Position numbers and translations under genes: made by a program. A stretch of 24,000 bases of DNA. Source: Marinomonas algicola. GTDB taxonomy: Bacteria; Pseudomonadota; Gammaproteobacteria; Pseudomonadales; Marinomonadaceae. Where the stretch lies: positions 2,117,404-2,141,403 of the forward strand of contig NZ_CP061941.1 in the NCBI RefSeq assembly GCF_014805825.1, read 5' to 3'. This document shows positions 1 to 9,520 of this stretch, piece by piece. The notes beneath the pieces are model-generated. The model worked only from the letters and a program-made list of their open reading frames with translations, was not told where the DNA came from and did no database searches. Within the stretch, counting starts at the first letter, position 1. Each line of letters starts with the position of its first letter.

Positions 1-165
1 AAGAGGAATATCCTTACCAATATTAGGACCCGCTTGCCCCGTTTGTGATGTAGTAAAGAAAACCGGATCAATATGATCAAAATCTTTCTCTTCCAACATA
101 CGTTGCATTAATACGGAACCAACCATTCCGCGCCAGCCGACTAAACCTACATTCTGTTTTGACAT
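1..165 (-). CDS. asd: aspartate-semialdehyde dehydrogenase, N-terminal fragment (gene continues past the left window edge)
   Basis: Reverse complement of 1..165 reads MSKQNVGLVGWRGMVGSVLMQRMLEEKDFDHIDPVFFTTSQTGQAGPNIGKDIPL. This closely parallels the E. coli Asd N-terminus (MKNVGFIGWRGMVGSVLMQRMVEERDFDAIRPVFFSTSQ). ATG at 165..163. Absent from the ORF track because it is truncated. Confidence 0.85.
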   Translation of the reverse strand, partial: MSKQNVGLVGWRGMVGSVLMQRMLEEKDFDHIDPVFFTTSQTGQAGPNIGKDIPL

Positions 166-272
166 GATTTCTACCTTTTAGTTTGGGCCCACTCATACCA
201 AGAGCAGTTTCCCCAGTGAATGCGCCTAAAATTATTTTTAAGCGCGTATAAAGCCTTTTTGCTTTGTATAAA

Positions 273-1349
273 TTAAAGCGCTGCTAGTACGGCATCGCCC
301 ATTGCTTGTGTGCCAATCACATTGCATCCTTCAGAAGCAATATCACTTGTGCGTAAACCTTGATCCAAGACGTTACTTACCGCGGCTTCAATGGCATCGG
401 CGGCGTCTTTCGCGTCTAAAGAATATCGCAACATCATAGCAACAGATAAGATAGTTGCAAGCGGATTTGCAATCCCTTTCCCTGCAATATCTGGTGCAGA
501 GCCATGACAAGGCTCATACATGCCACGACCTTCCGAGTTTAGAGAGGCTGATGGCAGCATTCCAATGGAGCCAGTCAGCATCGCCGCGGCATCAGAAAGA
601 ATGTCACCGAACATATTTCCCGTCACCATAACGTCGAATTGTTTTGGAGCACGTACCAATTGCATGGCCGCGTTGTCTACCAACATGTGGCTCAATTCCA
701 CATCAGGGTATTCTTTAGCGACTTCTTCCATGACTTCTTTCCACAGTACCGTTACTTCAAGTACATTGGATTTATCGATAGAGCACAGGCGCTTACCACG
801 TTGACGAGCCGCAAGAAACGCAGAATGAGCAATACGACGAATTTCAGATTCGCTGTAAACGTAGGTATTAAACCCTTCACGCTCACCATTTTCTAATGTT
901 CGAATGCCGCGCGGTTGACCAAAATAAATACCACCCGTTAATTCGCGTACAATTAAGATATCAAGACCCGCGACAATCTCAGGTTTTAGGCTTGAAGCTT
1001 CTGCCAGTTGAGGATACAAAATAGCCGGACGTAAGTTGGAAAATAAATCCAAGTTTGAACGTAATCCTAACAGCCCTTTTTCTGGGCGTACCGACATATC
1101 CAGTCCATCCCATTTAGGTCCACCAACGGCACCTAATAAGATCGCATCAGCGGCTTTTGCTTTTGCTAAGGTGTCTTCTGGTAATGGAGAGCCTGTCTCA
1201 TCATAGGCAGAACCACCGACTAAAGCGGATTCATGAGTCACACCTAGACCAAACGTTTCATTTACTTTGTCTAACACTCGTACCGCTTGTGTCACAATCT
1301 CTGGTCCAATACCGTCACCCGGTAGAATCAATACATTTCTAGACGTCAT
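273..1349 (-). CDS. leuB: 3-isopropylmalate dehydrogenase
   Basis: 358-aa ORF. N-terminal [11 protein letters not shown], plus [16 protein letters not shown] and NMFGDILSD motifs typical of the isocitrate/isopropylmalate dehydrogenase family. Directly downstream of leuC-leuD. Confidence 0.95.
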   Translation of the reverse strand: MTSRNVLILPGDGIGPEIVTQAVRVLDKVNETFGLGVTHESALVGGSAYDETGSPLPEDTLAKAKAADAILLGAVGGPKWDGLDMSVRPEKGLLGLRSNLDLFSNLRPAILYPQLAEASSLKPEIVAGLDILIVRELTGGIYFGQPRGIRTLENGEREGFNTYVYSESEIRRIAHSAFLAARQRGKRLCSIDKSNVLEVTVLWKEVMEEVAKEYPDVELSHMLVDNAAMQLVRAPKQFDVMVTGNMFGDILSDAAAMLTGSIGMLPSASLNSEGRGMYEPCHGSAPDIAGKGIANPLATILSVAMMLRYSLDAKDAADAIEAAVSNVLDQGLRTSDIASEGCNVIGTQAMGDAVLAAL

Positions 1350-1360
1350 TCTTACATTCC

Positions 1361-2008
1361 TTACTTTTTATCTGCAAATAACCAAGGCGCTTTTTGTTTG
1401 CGAGCTTCTTCGTAGGTACGAATGGTTTCCGCATGTTGCAATGTTAACCCGATATCATCTAAACCGTTAAGTAAGCAATGTTTACGAAACGCATCCACAT
1501 CAAAAGTGAATTCTGTACCGGAAGGCGTTGTTACTTTCTGCTCGGCTAAGTCAACGCTCAATGAGTAGCCTTCTGTAGACTCGCTTTCAGTAAACAACTG
1601 CTCAACCTGAGCTTCAGTTAATACAATTGGCAAAAGACCGTTTTTAAAGCAATTATTAAAAAAGATGTCAGCAAAGCTAGGAGCAATTACAACACGGAAA
1701 CCGTAATCATCTAATGCCCATGGTGCGTGTTCACGACTTGATCCACAGCCAAAGTTTTTGCCTGCAAGTAAAACACTTGCGCCTTGATAACGAGGCTGGT
1801 TTAACACAAAGTCTTTTTTTAATGGACGCATAGAGCAATCTTGATCAGGTTGGCCTTCGTCTTCATAACGTAATTCATCAAATAGATTCTTCCCAAAGCC
1901 TGTTCTTTTAATGGATTTCAAAAACTGCTTTGGAATAATCATATCTGTATCAACATTGGCCAAATCTAAAGGCGCTACTAATCCAGTGTGTACGGTAAAT
2001 GGACGCAT
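1361..2008 (-). CDS. leuD: 3-isopropylmalate dehydratase small subunit
   Basis: 215-aa ORF with a LeuD-type aconitase swivel domain ([17 protein letters not shown]). 9-nt gap after leuC and 11-nt gap before leuB. Confidence 0.95.
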   Translation of the reverse strand: MRPFTVHTGLVAPLDLANVDTDMIIPKQFLKSIKRTGFGKNLFDELRYEDEGQPDQDCSMRPLKKDFVLNQPRYQGASVLLAGKNFGCGSSREHAPWALDDYGFRVVIAPSFADIFFNNCFKNGLLPIVLTEAQVEQLFTESESTEGYSLSVDLAEQKVTTPSGTEFTFDVDAFRKHCLLNGLDDIGLTLQHAETIRTYEEARKQKAPWLFADKK

Positions 2009-2017
2009 AATCCTCTC

Positions 2018-3445
2018 CTAGTGTTTAACCAATTCATTAACATCAACAAAGTGACCCGCAACCGCCGCCGCCGCGGCCATAGCTGGGCTAACTAAGTGAG
2101 TTCTTCCGCCAAAACCTTGACGACCTTCAAAGTTACGATTGGACGTGGAAGCGCAATGCTCACCATTACCTAATTTATCCGCATTCATTGCCAAACACAT
2201 GGAGCAACCAGGCTCACGCCATTCCAAGCCAGCCTCCGTAAAGATTTTATCTAGGCCTTCTTTCTCGGCTTGTGCTTTAACCAAACCAGAGCCTGGTACC
2301 ACAATGGCTTCTTTTAATGTAGAGGCAACTCGACGGCCTTTAACCACTTCGGCCGCAATACGTAAATCTTCAATTCGTGAGTTAGTACACGATCCGATAA
2401 AGACACGATCTAAAGTGATGTCCTCGAGAGTGGTTTTGCCTTCAAGCCCCATGTATTTCCAAGCGCGTGCATAACTTTCTTGTGCGCCAGCATCCGCTTG
2501 ATCTTGTGGGCGAGGTATTGGCTGATCAATAGCAATGACCATTTCTGGTGAGGTACCCCACGTTACTTGAGGTTTAATGTCTTCCGCCTTTAACACAACC
2601 ACATTGTCAAAATGCGCCTCCGTGTCCGAATGCAAATCTTGCCAAGCCATTACCGCCTGCTGCCACTGTTCGCCTTTCGGTGCATAAGGACGATCTTTAA
2701 CATAATCTATCGTTGTCTGATCTACCGCAATTAAGCCCACTCGTGCGCCCGCTTCAATGGCCATATTGCAGACTGTCATACGACCTTCCATTGATAGCGA
2801 TTGGATGGCTTCACCGCCAAACTCAATCGCGTAGCCTGTACCACCAGCCGTGCCAATTTTACCAATAATCGCTAACACAACGTCTTTTGCCGATACCCAC
2901 GGGGACAATTTACCGTCTACACGTACCAGCATATTTTTGCTTTTCTTTTGTACCAAGCACTGAGTCGCCATGACGTGCTCTACTTCAGAAGTACCAATAC
3001 CATGAGCCAATGCACCAAAAGCACCATGAGTAGAAGTATGAGAGTCACCACATACAACGGTGGTTCCCGGTAATGTAGCACCTTGTTCTGGCCCAACAAC
3101 GTGTACAATGCCTTGACGTATGTCTTGCATTTTAAATTCTGTAATACCAAATTCATCACAGTTATCATCCAAAGTAACCACTTGGATTTTTGAAACTGGA
3201 TCAGAAATACCTTCAATACCGCTTTTACGCTCAGCATTAGTAGTGGGTACATTGTGATCTGGTGTCGCTAAATTGCCACTGATTCTCCATGGCGTGCGGC
3301 CTGCAATACGCAGACCTTCAAAAGCTTGTGGTGAAGTCACTTCGTGCAACAACTGTAAATCAATATAAATCAATGCACTACCATCGTCACGTTGCTGAAC
3401 CAAGTGGTCATCCCACAACTTATCGTAAAGTGTTTTTGCCGACAT
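2018..3445 (-). CDS. leuC: 3-isopropylmalate dehydratase large subunit
   Basis: 475-aa ORF. N-terminus [16 protein letters not shown] is characteristic of LeuC. Aconitase-family Fe-S cluster cysteines are present ([19 protein letters not shown]). GAGGAG-type RBS upstream. Confidence 0.95.
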   Translation of the reverse strand: MSAKTLYDKLWDDHLVQQRDDGSALIYIDLQLLHEVTSPQAFEGLRIAGRTPWRISGNLATPDHNVPTTNAERKSGIEGISDPVSKIQVVTLDDNCDEFGITEFKMQDIRQGIVHVVGPEQGATLPGTTVVCGDSHTSTHGAFGALAHGIGTSEVEHVMATQCLVQKKSKNMLVRVDGKLSPWVSAKDVVLAIIGKIGTAGGTGYAIEFGGEAIQSLSMEGRMTVCNMAIEAGARVGLIAVDQTTIDYVKDRPYAPKGEQWQQAVMAWQDLHSDTEAHFDNVVVLKAEDIKPQVTWGTSPEMVIAIDQPIPRPQDQADAGAQESYARAWKYMGLEGKTTLEDITLDRVFIGSCTNSRIEDLRIAAEVVKGRRVASTLKEAIVVPGSGLVKAQAEKEGLDKIFTEAGLEWREPGCSMCLAMNADKLGNGEHCASTSNRNFEGRQGFGGRTHLVSPAMAAAAAVAGHFVDVNELVKH

Positions 3446-3477
3446 TTGCTCTCTCCTCTTTATCTATTTGATTATCC

Positions 3478-3492
3478 TAAAGCTTTGCTTTA
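3478..3492. promoter_or_regulatory. candidate LysR-type regulator binding dyad in the leuC / LysR divergent intergenic region
   Basis: Perfect interrupted palindrome TAAAGC-TTT-GCTTTA read directly from the 92-bp intergenic region between the divergent leuC (ATG at 3445) and LysR gene (ATG at 3538). LTTRs usually bind AT-rich dyads in such regions. The assignment is inference only. Confidence 0.3.
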
Positions 3493-3537
3493 AATTACTC
3501 AAATTCATATTTTTCATGTTTTGGATAATTTTTTGGA

Positions 3538-4422
3538 ATGATGGATATTTCTGAACTGCTTACTTTTATAAAAGTCGCTGAAACGGGCTCTTTTTCCGAA
3601 GCCGCCGAAAAACTGTTTGTCACTCAACCGGCCATTAGTAAACGCATTGCCAGCCTTGAACAAAATCTCAACATCCGTCTTTTCGATCGTATTGGTCGTA
3701 AAGTACACCTTACAGAATCGGGATTGCGTCTTTTACCAAAGGCCAAAAGCATTGCACTTGAGCTGAACGAGATTAAGCACAGTATGTCACAGCAAGAAGG
3801 TGAAATAAGTGGTGAACTTCGTATTGCTACCAGCCATCATGTTGGACTCAGGCGACTGCCTACTACGCTCAAACGTTTCCACTCTGAATTCGCCAATGTA
3901 AACTTGGAAGCGGATTTTACGCAATCTGAAGAGGCTTATCAGCAAGTAATGCGTGGCGAAGTTGAATTAGGCATTATTACTTTGTCGAATCAACTTGATA
4001 GCTCTATTGAATCCATTCCTGTTTGGTCAGACCCTTTTGTCTGTGCCGTTAGTAAAGATCATCCTCTGAGTCATTTAAAATCGGTGGATTTGGTTAAATT
4101 GGCCGCCTATCCATGTGTGTTGCCAAAACAAAATACATTCACACGGCAAATGGTAGATCAAGCATTAGCAAAATATGGACTCAGGCCTAATATTCGCATG
4201 AGCACCAATAACTTTGAAACCTTAACCATGCTGACCAGTATTGGCTGGGGGTGGTCTTTGTTACCCTCAACCTTAATTAACAATGAGTTATGCATATTGG
4301 ATCTAACGGAGCTTAACATTGCTCGGCAATTGGGCGTTATTTATCATAAACAACGCACGTTAAGTCGAGCGGCTCAAATGTTTATTCGTATTATGATGTC
4401 TGAAGCTCAAATAGAGCCTTAA
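3538..4422 (+). CDS. LysR-family transcriptional regulator, divergent from leuCDB
   Basis: 294-aa ORF with an N-terminal winged-HTH (FIKVAETGSFSEAAEKLFVTQPAISKRIASLE) and a C-terminal LysR substrate-binding domain. The position mirrors the LysR gene upstream of leuC in Pseudomonas. Confidence 0.9.
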   Translation: MMDISELLTFIKVAETGSFSEAAEKLFVTQPAISKRIASLEQNLNIRLFDRIGRKVHLTESGLRLLPKAKSIALELNEIKHSMSQQEGEISGELRIATSHHVGLRRLPTTLKRFHSEFANVNLEADFTQSEEAYQQVMRGEVELGIITLSNQLDSSIESIPVWSDPFVCAVSKDHPLSHLKSVDLVKLAAYPCVLPKQNTFTRQMVDQALAKYGLRPNIRMSTNNFETLTMLTSIGWGWSLLPSTLINNELCILDLTELNIARQLGVIYHKQRTLSRAAQMFIRIMMSEAQIEP

Positions 4423-5570
4423 CGTCGTTGATGGGCAATCAAGGTAACAAGCGCAATGGCACTGATGATCGCGGCAAAGGTAAACGCCGTTGGACCGCCC
4501 ATTAACTCCCAAATGTAACCAGCGATGACCATACCAAGACCACCACCAAGACCAACAGCGAGAGAACTGTACATGGCTTGACCTTGCGCTGCATATTTTT
4601 CAGGAAAAAGTCGATTTACTTGGTCGATTGACACCATATGAAACAAGGCAAACGTAACACAATGAGTTAATTGCGTTAACAGAACGACCCATAAGCTATC
4701 AACGTACCAACCAACTAGAAGCCAACGCGCAATTCCTAAACCAAAACACAAGGCGACAACATAAACCACGGAGTAACGTTTTAATAAGTTACCAAAGAAT
4801 AAAAATAAAACGATCTCCATCACGACACCAAAAGAGATGAGCAGACCAATTTCATCACCTGAATAACCGGCATTAGATAGGTGTAATGCCATGAAAACAT
4901 TGAATGGCGCGTGCGCCATATAAGAGAGAAACGACAAAAGTAAGAAGAATCGCACTTCTTTAATTTTAAATAATGACCAGAAAGAACCAACTTGCTTATC
5001 CATTTCAAGTGGTATGGGTTTTTCTTTCAATAGAAACGTCGTTGCAAAAGCGATGATAATAGCGAGGATCATCATCGGAACAATGGCATTAACACCGACT
5101 TTTGCAATAATGAATCCTGTCAACGTCACGGCAAAAATGTAGCCGAGTGAGCCACCGGCTCTTATTCTTGTATAGGGTATTCCCAGCCCTTTAATACTTC
5201 TAATCGCAAAAGAGTCGGCTAATGGTACTAGAGCACTGTAGGAAAGCGCCAAGAGTAAGGTCAGCACCCAAAAGGTTTCATAGCCTTGGGCAAAATAAAA
5301 GGGCAAAACAGCCAGTAAAGTACAGCCCGTTGCTATTTGTAGGGTTAGCTTTGGTAAACCTAAGCGTGTTGTTAGCCACCCCCAAAAATGAGGCACAACA
5401 ATCGTTGATAAAGTCAATAGCGCCATGATACGGCCAATCTCTGAGCCACTAAGATCAAGAGATTTGTAGTACATTGAAATATAGGGAGCCATTGAGCCAG
5501 TTAGACTACTAAAGAAGAAAAAATACCCGAATAATGGCCAAGCAATAGAACTAGATCGAGCTGGAAACAT
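4419..5570 (-). CDS. MFS transporter, HcaT-like (MFS_1_like / PPP family)
   Basis: 383-aa highly hydrophobic ORF with about 12 predicted TM segments. Blocks resemble E. coli HcaT: YTRIRAGGSLGY versus YGKVRLWGSVAF, and THCVTFALFHM versus LHCGTFTVCHL. Substrate unknown. Confidence 0.8.
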   Translation of the reverse strand: MFPARSSSIAWPLFGYFFFFSSLTGSMAPYISMYYKSLDLSGSEIGRIMALLTLSTIVVPHFWGWLTTRLGLPKLTLQIATGCTLLAVLPFYFAQGYETFWVLTLLLALSYSALVPLADSFAIRSIKGLGIPYTRIRAGGSLGYIFAVTLTGFIIAKVGVNAIVPMMILAIIIAFATTFLLKEKPIPLEMDKQVGSFWSLFKIKEVRFFLLLSFLSYMAHAPFNVFMALHLSNAGYSGDEIGLLISFGVVMEIVLFLFFGNLLKRYSVVYVVALCFGLGIARWLLVGWYVDSLWVVLLTQLTHCVTFALFHMVSIDQVNRLFPEKYAAQGQAMYSSLAVGLGGGLGMVIAGYIWELMGGPTAFTFAAIISAIALVTLIAHQRR

Positions 5571-5764
5571 GATATACCTAGAGTCGTGTTGAAAGTGGTG
5601 ATGGCTGAAAACGCTTAGGCAAAGTTTAATACGATTCTTTTATCGTTATTTTAGGAATATAGTAAAACAACTTATGCAACTACCGTATAAGTATATAACA
5701 TAGCGTTTAAAATCGAGAACATAAAATGCGAAAGATCTCATTAATTTTTTAGGAGTAAGCTTTG

Positions 5765-7408
5765 ATGCTAGAAAACAAATCAAACTGGTGGCGTGGTGGC
5801 GTTATTTATCAAATATACCCTCGCAGTTTCCTAGATTCTAATAATGATGGTATAGGTGACCTTCCAGGTATCACCCGTAAACTTGATTACGTCGCTTCTT
5901 TAGGAGTAGATGCCATTTGGCTATCTCCCTTCTTTACTTCACCAATGAAAGATTTTGGTTACGATGTCTCCGACTATTGCGATGTAGATCCGATCTTCGG
6001 CCTGTTATCGGATTTTGACGCTCTCATTACTAAAGCTCATTCCCTTGGTTTAAAAGTGATCATTGACCAAGTATTAAACCATACGTCTGATCAGCACCCT
6101 TGGTTTGAAGAATCACGCCAAAACCACACTAACGACAAACACGATTGGTATGTTTGGCAAGACGCTAAACCAGACGGTACGGCTCCGAATAATTGGATGT
6201 CTGTTTTTGGTGGCCCTGCTTGGCATTGGGACAGTCGGCGTTGTCAGTATTACCTTCATAACTTCTTGGACAGCCAGCCAGATTTAAATTTCCACAACCC
6301 TGCGATAGTAACTGCACTTATGGACACATTGGAATTCTGGTTAAAACGTGGCGTTGATGGCTTTCGATTAGATACGGCCAACTTTTTCTATCACGATGCC
6401 GAATTAAAAGATAATCCGCCAAAACACGACATTGTAGAAGGCAGTATTGGCGTTCGACTTGATAACCCTTATGCATTTCAGTTGCACTTATACGATAAAT
6501 CCCAACCAGAAAACATACCCTTCTTGCAACGCATCAGAGCCCTAATGGATCGTTACCCCAATACCACTACTGTGGGTGAAGTGGGTTGTGATTTTTCCCT
6601 CAAAACCATGGCTGAATACACTCAAGGTAATGACAAGCTTCATATGTGTTATTCATTTGACCTGCTGACCCATGATTCCTCCATGGGTCATGTTCGCAAT
6701 ACCATGGAACAAATAGAAAATGCGTTAGGGGATGGCTGGCCCTGTTGGACAATTGGCAATCATGATGTTAACCGAGTGGCATCGAGGTGGTCTGAAAACG
6801 GCACGCCTAATATGGAACAAGCAAAAGTGTTTATGGCCATGCTACTCACTTTACGTGGCAGCGTTTGTTTATATCAAGGCGAAGAGCTAGGGCTGACCGA
6901 AGCGGAGCTAGCATTTGAAGATCTTGTTGATCCGTTTGGCATTACCTTTTGGCCTGAATTTAAAGGACGAGACGGTTGCCGAACTCCCATGCCATGGGAA
7001 AACTCGGAAAATGGTGGCTTTAGTCAACACACTCCTTGGCTTCCTGTTGAGAAAGCGCACCTTAGTCAATCCGTCGCCGTTCAGGAGCAAGAGCCTAACT
7101 CGGTGATGCGAGCTTACTCTGACTTTTTGACGCTCAGGAAGTCCCACCCTGAATTTATTGAAGGCCGCATTACATTCTTATTTAACGATGAAAAGCGCTT
7201 AATCTACATTAGAGAGCTGGATAATAGAAAAACCCTAGTAGGAATCAATACGGGTCATGAAGAGAAAAGAATGGCGCTAGAAGCACTTGTTGACAAAACA
7301 GCGCAACTGGACGTTATTGAGCTTCCTCAAAGTATCAAGTCGGGAGAAGTCATTGATAAGGAATTGATCTTGGGTCCTTACAGTATTATTTTATTGTCTC
7401 TACATTAA
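5765..7408 (+). CDS. GH13 alpha-glucosidase (AglA / oligo-1,6-glucosidase-like)
   Basis: All four GH13 conserved regions are visible: DQVLNH, GVDGFRLDTANF (nucleophile Asp), TVGEVG (acid/base Glu) and IGNHDVNR. N-terminus WWRGGVIYQIYPRSF is typical. The ORF track starts at TTG 5762; ATG 5765 lies 9 nt after AGGAG (5751..5755) and is preferred. Confidence 0.92.
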   Translation: MLENKSNWWRGGVIYQIYPRSFLDSNNDGIGDLPGITRKLDYVASLGVDAIWLSPFFTSPMKDFGYDVSDYCDVDPIFGLLSDFDALITKAHSLGLKVIIDQVLNHTSDQHPWFEESRQNHTNDKHDWYVWQDAKPDGTAPNNWMSVFGGPAWHWDSRRCQYYLHNFLDSQPDLNFHNPAIVTALMDTLEFWLKRGVDGFRLDTANFFYHDAELKDNPPKHDIVEGSIGVRLDNPYAFQLHLYDKSQPENIPFLQRIRALMDRYPNTTTVGEVGCDFSLKTMAEYTQGNDKLHMCYSFDLLTHDSSMGHVRNTMEQIENALGDGWPCWTIGNHDVNRVASRWSENGTPNMEQAKVFMAMLLTLRGSVCLYQGEELGLTEAELAFEDLVDPFGITFWPEFKGRDGCRTPMPWENSENGGFSQHTPWLPVEKAHLSQSVAVQEQEPNSVMRAYSDFLTLRKSHPEFIEGRITFLFNDEKRLIYIRELDNRKTLVGINTGHEEKRMALEALVDKTAQLDVIELPQSIKSGEVIDKELILGPYSIILLSLH

Positions 7409-7415
7409 TCGAGAA

Positions 7416-7451
7416 AACAGCACTCACTCGGCCTATTTAGTGGGTGCTGTT
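7416..7451. terminator. stem-loop between convergent alpha-glucosidase and ndh genes (probable shared terminator)
   Basis: AACAGCACTCACT (7416..7428) pairs with AGTGGGTGCTGTT (7439..7451). That gives 13 bp with one G-U pair and a 10-nt loop. On the minus strand it is followed by TTTTCTC. Confidence 0.6.
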
Positions 7452-7479
7452 GCAATTTAATGTCGTTGCAATTTAATGT
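7449..7479. repeat. 15-bp direct repeat (GTTGCAATTTAATGT x2, 16-bp period) spanning the ndh stop codon
   Basis: Read directly from the sequence. Copy 1 is at 7449..7463 and copy 2 at 7465..7479. Copy 2 contains the last two ndh codons plus the stop. Confidence 0.8.
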
Positions 7480-8765
7480 AGTTTCATTTTCGGTTTAACC
7501 GCTTTACTGATGCGTTTTACAGACATAATCAGCAGCGCTTTAATCCATCCATGAATCGCAATTTGATGCATTCTGTATAGTGAAACATAGACAAATCGGG
7601 CAATTCTCCCCTCTACAAACATAGATTTACTGGACAAATTGCCCATTAAACTGCCAACAGTACTGTAACGACTTAAATTAACTAATGACCCATGATCATT
7701 GTATTTAAATTCTTTTAATGGTTTATCAGTAAAGCTTGCTACAATATTGTCACCCACTAAAGACGCCATTTGATGGGCTGACTGGGCTCGCGGAGGTACA
7801 AATTTTCCGTCAGCTAACTCACAGGCACAACAATCGCCGATAACATAGACGGTCTCTAGCTGAGTCGCTTGCAAGTTTTGTTTAACTAAAATTTGATTAG
7901 CACGGTTGGTTTCCAAACCCTCTATGTTTTTAATAAAATCTGGCGCTTTTACACCCGCCGCCCACACCATTAAATCGGCTTCTATGGTGTTTTCATCCGC
8001 CGTTAAAAAGCCCTGATCTGTTGCTCTAACAATACGAGTGTCTTCACTGACTTTCACACCTAATCGTGACAGTTCTTTACGTGCTAACAAGGCAATTCGC
8101 TCTGGAAGCGCAGGCAGAATTCGACCACCGGCTTCAATCAGACTCACTTCCATTCGCCTTGATGACATGTTTCTCATACCATAGGCTTTTAAAAGATCGG
8201 CCACATGATTCAGCTCAGCGGCCAACTCAACACCTGTCGCACCCGCTCCAACAATAGCCAGTTTAAGCTTTGCATCATTGCCACTTGTTTGATGAACACG
8301 CAAGAACTGGTTGAGCAAGGCTTGCTGAAAGCGCTCTGCCTGCTTGTGAGAATCAAGGAAATAGCAATTTTCCTTCACACCAGGTGTACCAAAATCGTTA
8401 CTAACACTGCCAACCGCCAGTACTAAGATGTCGTAAGACAATGATCGAACAGGTAGAATTTCATGGCCTTCTTCATCCAGCAAGGCCTCTAACTCAATGC
8501 TTTTTGATTCGGCGTCCATACCAATCATAGTACCTAACTGATATTGGTAATAATGCCTTGCAGAGTGGGCACGATAATTAATACCATCGGTATTGATGTC
8601 TAATGACCCAGTCGCCACCTCATGTAACAAAGGTTTCCAGATATGGGTTCGGCTGCGATCAACCAGTATGACTTCGGCTTCCCCTCGCTTCCCAAGTTTG
8701 TGGCCAAGTTTGGTGACTAATTCAAGCCCACCAGCCCCCCCACCAACGACAATAATTCTTTTCAT
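7473..8765 (-). CDS. ndh: type II NADH dehydrogenase (NDH-2)
   Basis: Two dinucleotide-binding motifs, IIVVGGGAGG and LAIVGAGATGVE, and overall NDH-2 length. The track ORF starts at 8810, but the conserved N-terminus MKRIIVVGGGAGG begins at ATG 8765. Confidence 0.9.
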   Translation of the reverse strand: MKRIIVVGGGAGGLELVTKLGHKLGKRGEAEVILVDRSRTHIWKPLLHEVATGSLDINTDGINYRAHSARHYYQYQLGTMIGMDAESKSIELEALLDEEGHEILPVRSLSYDILVLAVGSVSNDFGTPGVKENCYFLDSHKQAERFQQALLNQFLRVHQTSGNDAKLKLAIVGAGATGVELAAELNHVADLLKAYGMRNMSSRRMEVSLIEAGGRILPALPERIALLARKELSRLGVKVSEDTRIVRATDQGFLTADENTIEADLMVWAAGVKAPDFIKNIEGLETNRANQILVKQNLQATQLETVYVIGDCCACELADGKFVPPRAQSAHQMASLVGDNIVASFTDKPLKEFKYNDHGSLVNLSRYSTVGSLMGNLSSKSMFVEGRIARFVYVSLYRMHQIAIHGWIKALLIMSVKRISKAVKPKMKLH

Positions 8766-8884
8766 GAGTTGTTTACCTTTAAGTGAAATTAACTGAAAAG
8801 CTGTCTTCAAGAAAGCACCTTTTCAGATAATTCAACACTCATAAAGTATCAAAAGTTAACCAACGGATTCACTTTTTGAATTCA

Positions 8885-9331
8885 TTAACGCATTTTCATT
8901 AATAACTTATCCAGTGCATTGGCAAAGGCCGCTCTGTCCTGATGATTGAAGCTTTCAGGACCACCAATATTTTCACCACTGCTTCTCATTTGCTCCATAA
9001 AATCCCTCATCGCAAGACGTTGTTTAATGTTTTCTTTAGTGTAGATCTCACCGCGAGGGTTTATTGCAATAGCCTGTTTTGCAATGACGTCGGACGCTAA
9101 TGGTATATCGGCGGTTATCACTAAATCGCTTTCCGCTACCTGATCCACGATGTAATTATCGGCTTCATCAAATCCTTGTGAAACTTGATGACGTTTAATC
9201 CAAGGAGATGGAGGTATGGCTATTAGCTGATTAGCAACCAATATGCATTCAATTTGCACCCGTTCAGCGGCACGAAATAAGATGGTTTTAATCACATTTG
9301 GACACGCATCGGCGTCAACCCAGATTTTCAT
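8885..9331 (-). CDS. yaiI: YaiI/YqxD family protein (UPF0178, DUF188)
   Basis: 148-aa ORF beginning [11 protein letters not shown], the signature N-terminus of the UPF0178 family. Size matches. Confidence 0.85.
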   Translation of the reverse strand: MKIWVDADACPNVIKTILFRAAERVQIECILVANQLIAIPPSPWIKRHQVSQGFDEADNYIVDQVAESDLVITADIPLASDVIAKQAIAINPRGEIYTKENIKQRLAMRDFMEQMRSSGENIGGPESFNHQDRAAFANALDKLLMKMR

Positions 9332-9440
9332 TACTTCAACCCTATGTAAAAGATACTGATATTATTCCCCTTCAACGAAACTTTATCTAGAGGCAAATTA
9401 ATGAAGTCTATTTTTTTATGAAATTTACAATCGAAAAGCA

Positions 9441-9480
9441 AAAAAAAACCAACTTATGTTCGAATAAATTGGTTTTTTTA
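9441..9480 (-). terminator. rho-independent terminator downstream of the ETF-QO gene
   Basis: AACCAA..TT / AA..TTGGTT stem flanked by an A-run on the plus strand (9441..9448) and a T-run (9473..9479). On the minus strand the stem is followed by TTTTTTTTT. Lies about 40 nt after the stop at 9521. Confidence 0.75.
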
Positions 9481-9520
9481 AAGTCAAATGACTCACTTAT
9501 CGTTTGAGCCTCATTATCAT

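Noticed and set aside
222-245. AT-rich hairpin (GCGCCTAAAA / TTTTAAGCGC with one mismatch, 4-nt loop) between leuB and asd, considered as a terminator.
   Set aside because: There is no U-tract after the stem on the transcribed (minus) strand, and the stem is mostly A-T pairs. It may be a weak attenuator or protein site, but the evidence is insufficient to call it.
3464-3517. 17-codon mini-ORF (MKNMNLSNLKQSFRIIK) on the minus strand just upstream of leuC, considered as a leu leader peptide or attenuator.
   Set aside because: It has only two isolated Leu codons rather than a Leu run. I could not find an alternative terminator/antiterminator structure. Its start is only about 20 nt from the divergent LysR start codon, leaving no room for a promoter. 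Control by the LysR regulator is the more plausible model.
5726-5752. 8-codon mini-ORF (MRKISLIF) whose TAG stop overlaps the AGGAG RBS of the alpha-glucosidase gene, considered as a regulatory leader.
   Set aside because: It has no convincing RBS of its own, is very short, and lies in an AT-rich region where such ORFs arise by chance. There is no supporting secondary structure.
8766-8810. N-terminal extensions of track ORFs: ndh to 8810, ETF-QO to 11230, AraC to 14354, cytochrome b562 to 15276 (TTG), tmk to 20871, holB to 20161 (TTG) and alpha-glucosidase to 5762 (TTG).
   Set aside because: In each case the conserved family N-terminus starts at an internal ATG with a better RBS. The extension also either overlaps the preceding gene (tmk into mltG) or runs through a terminator hairpin (AraC).
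8802-8835. Inverted repeat CTGAAAAG ... CTTTTCAG between yaiI and ndh, considered as a terminator or operator.
   Set aside because: It is an 8-bp AT-rich stem with an 18-nt loop and no clear U-tract. I cannot distinguish it from chance in an AT-rich intergenic region without comparative data.
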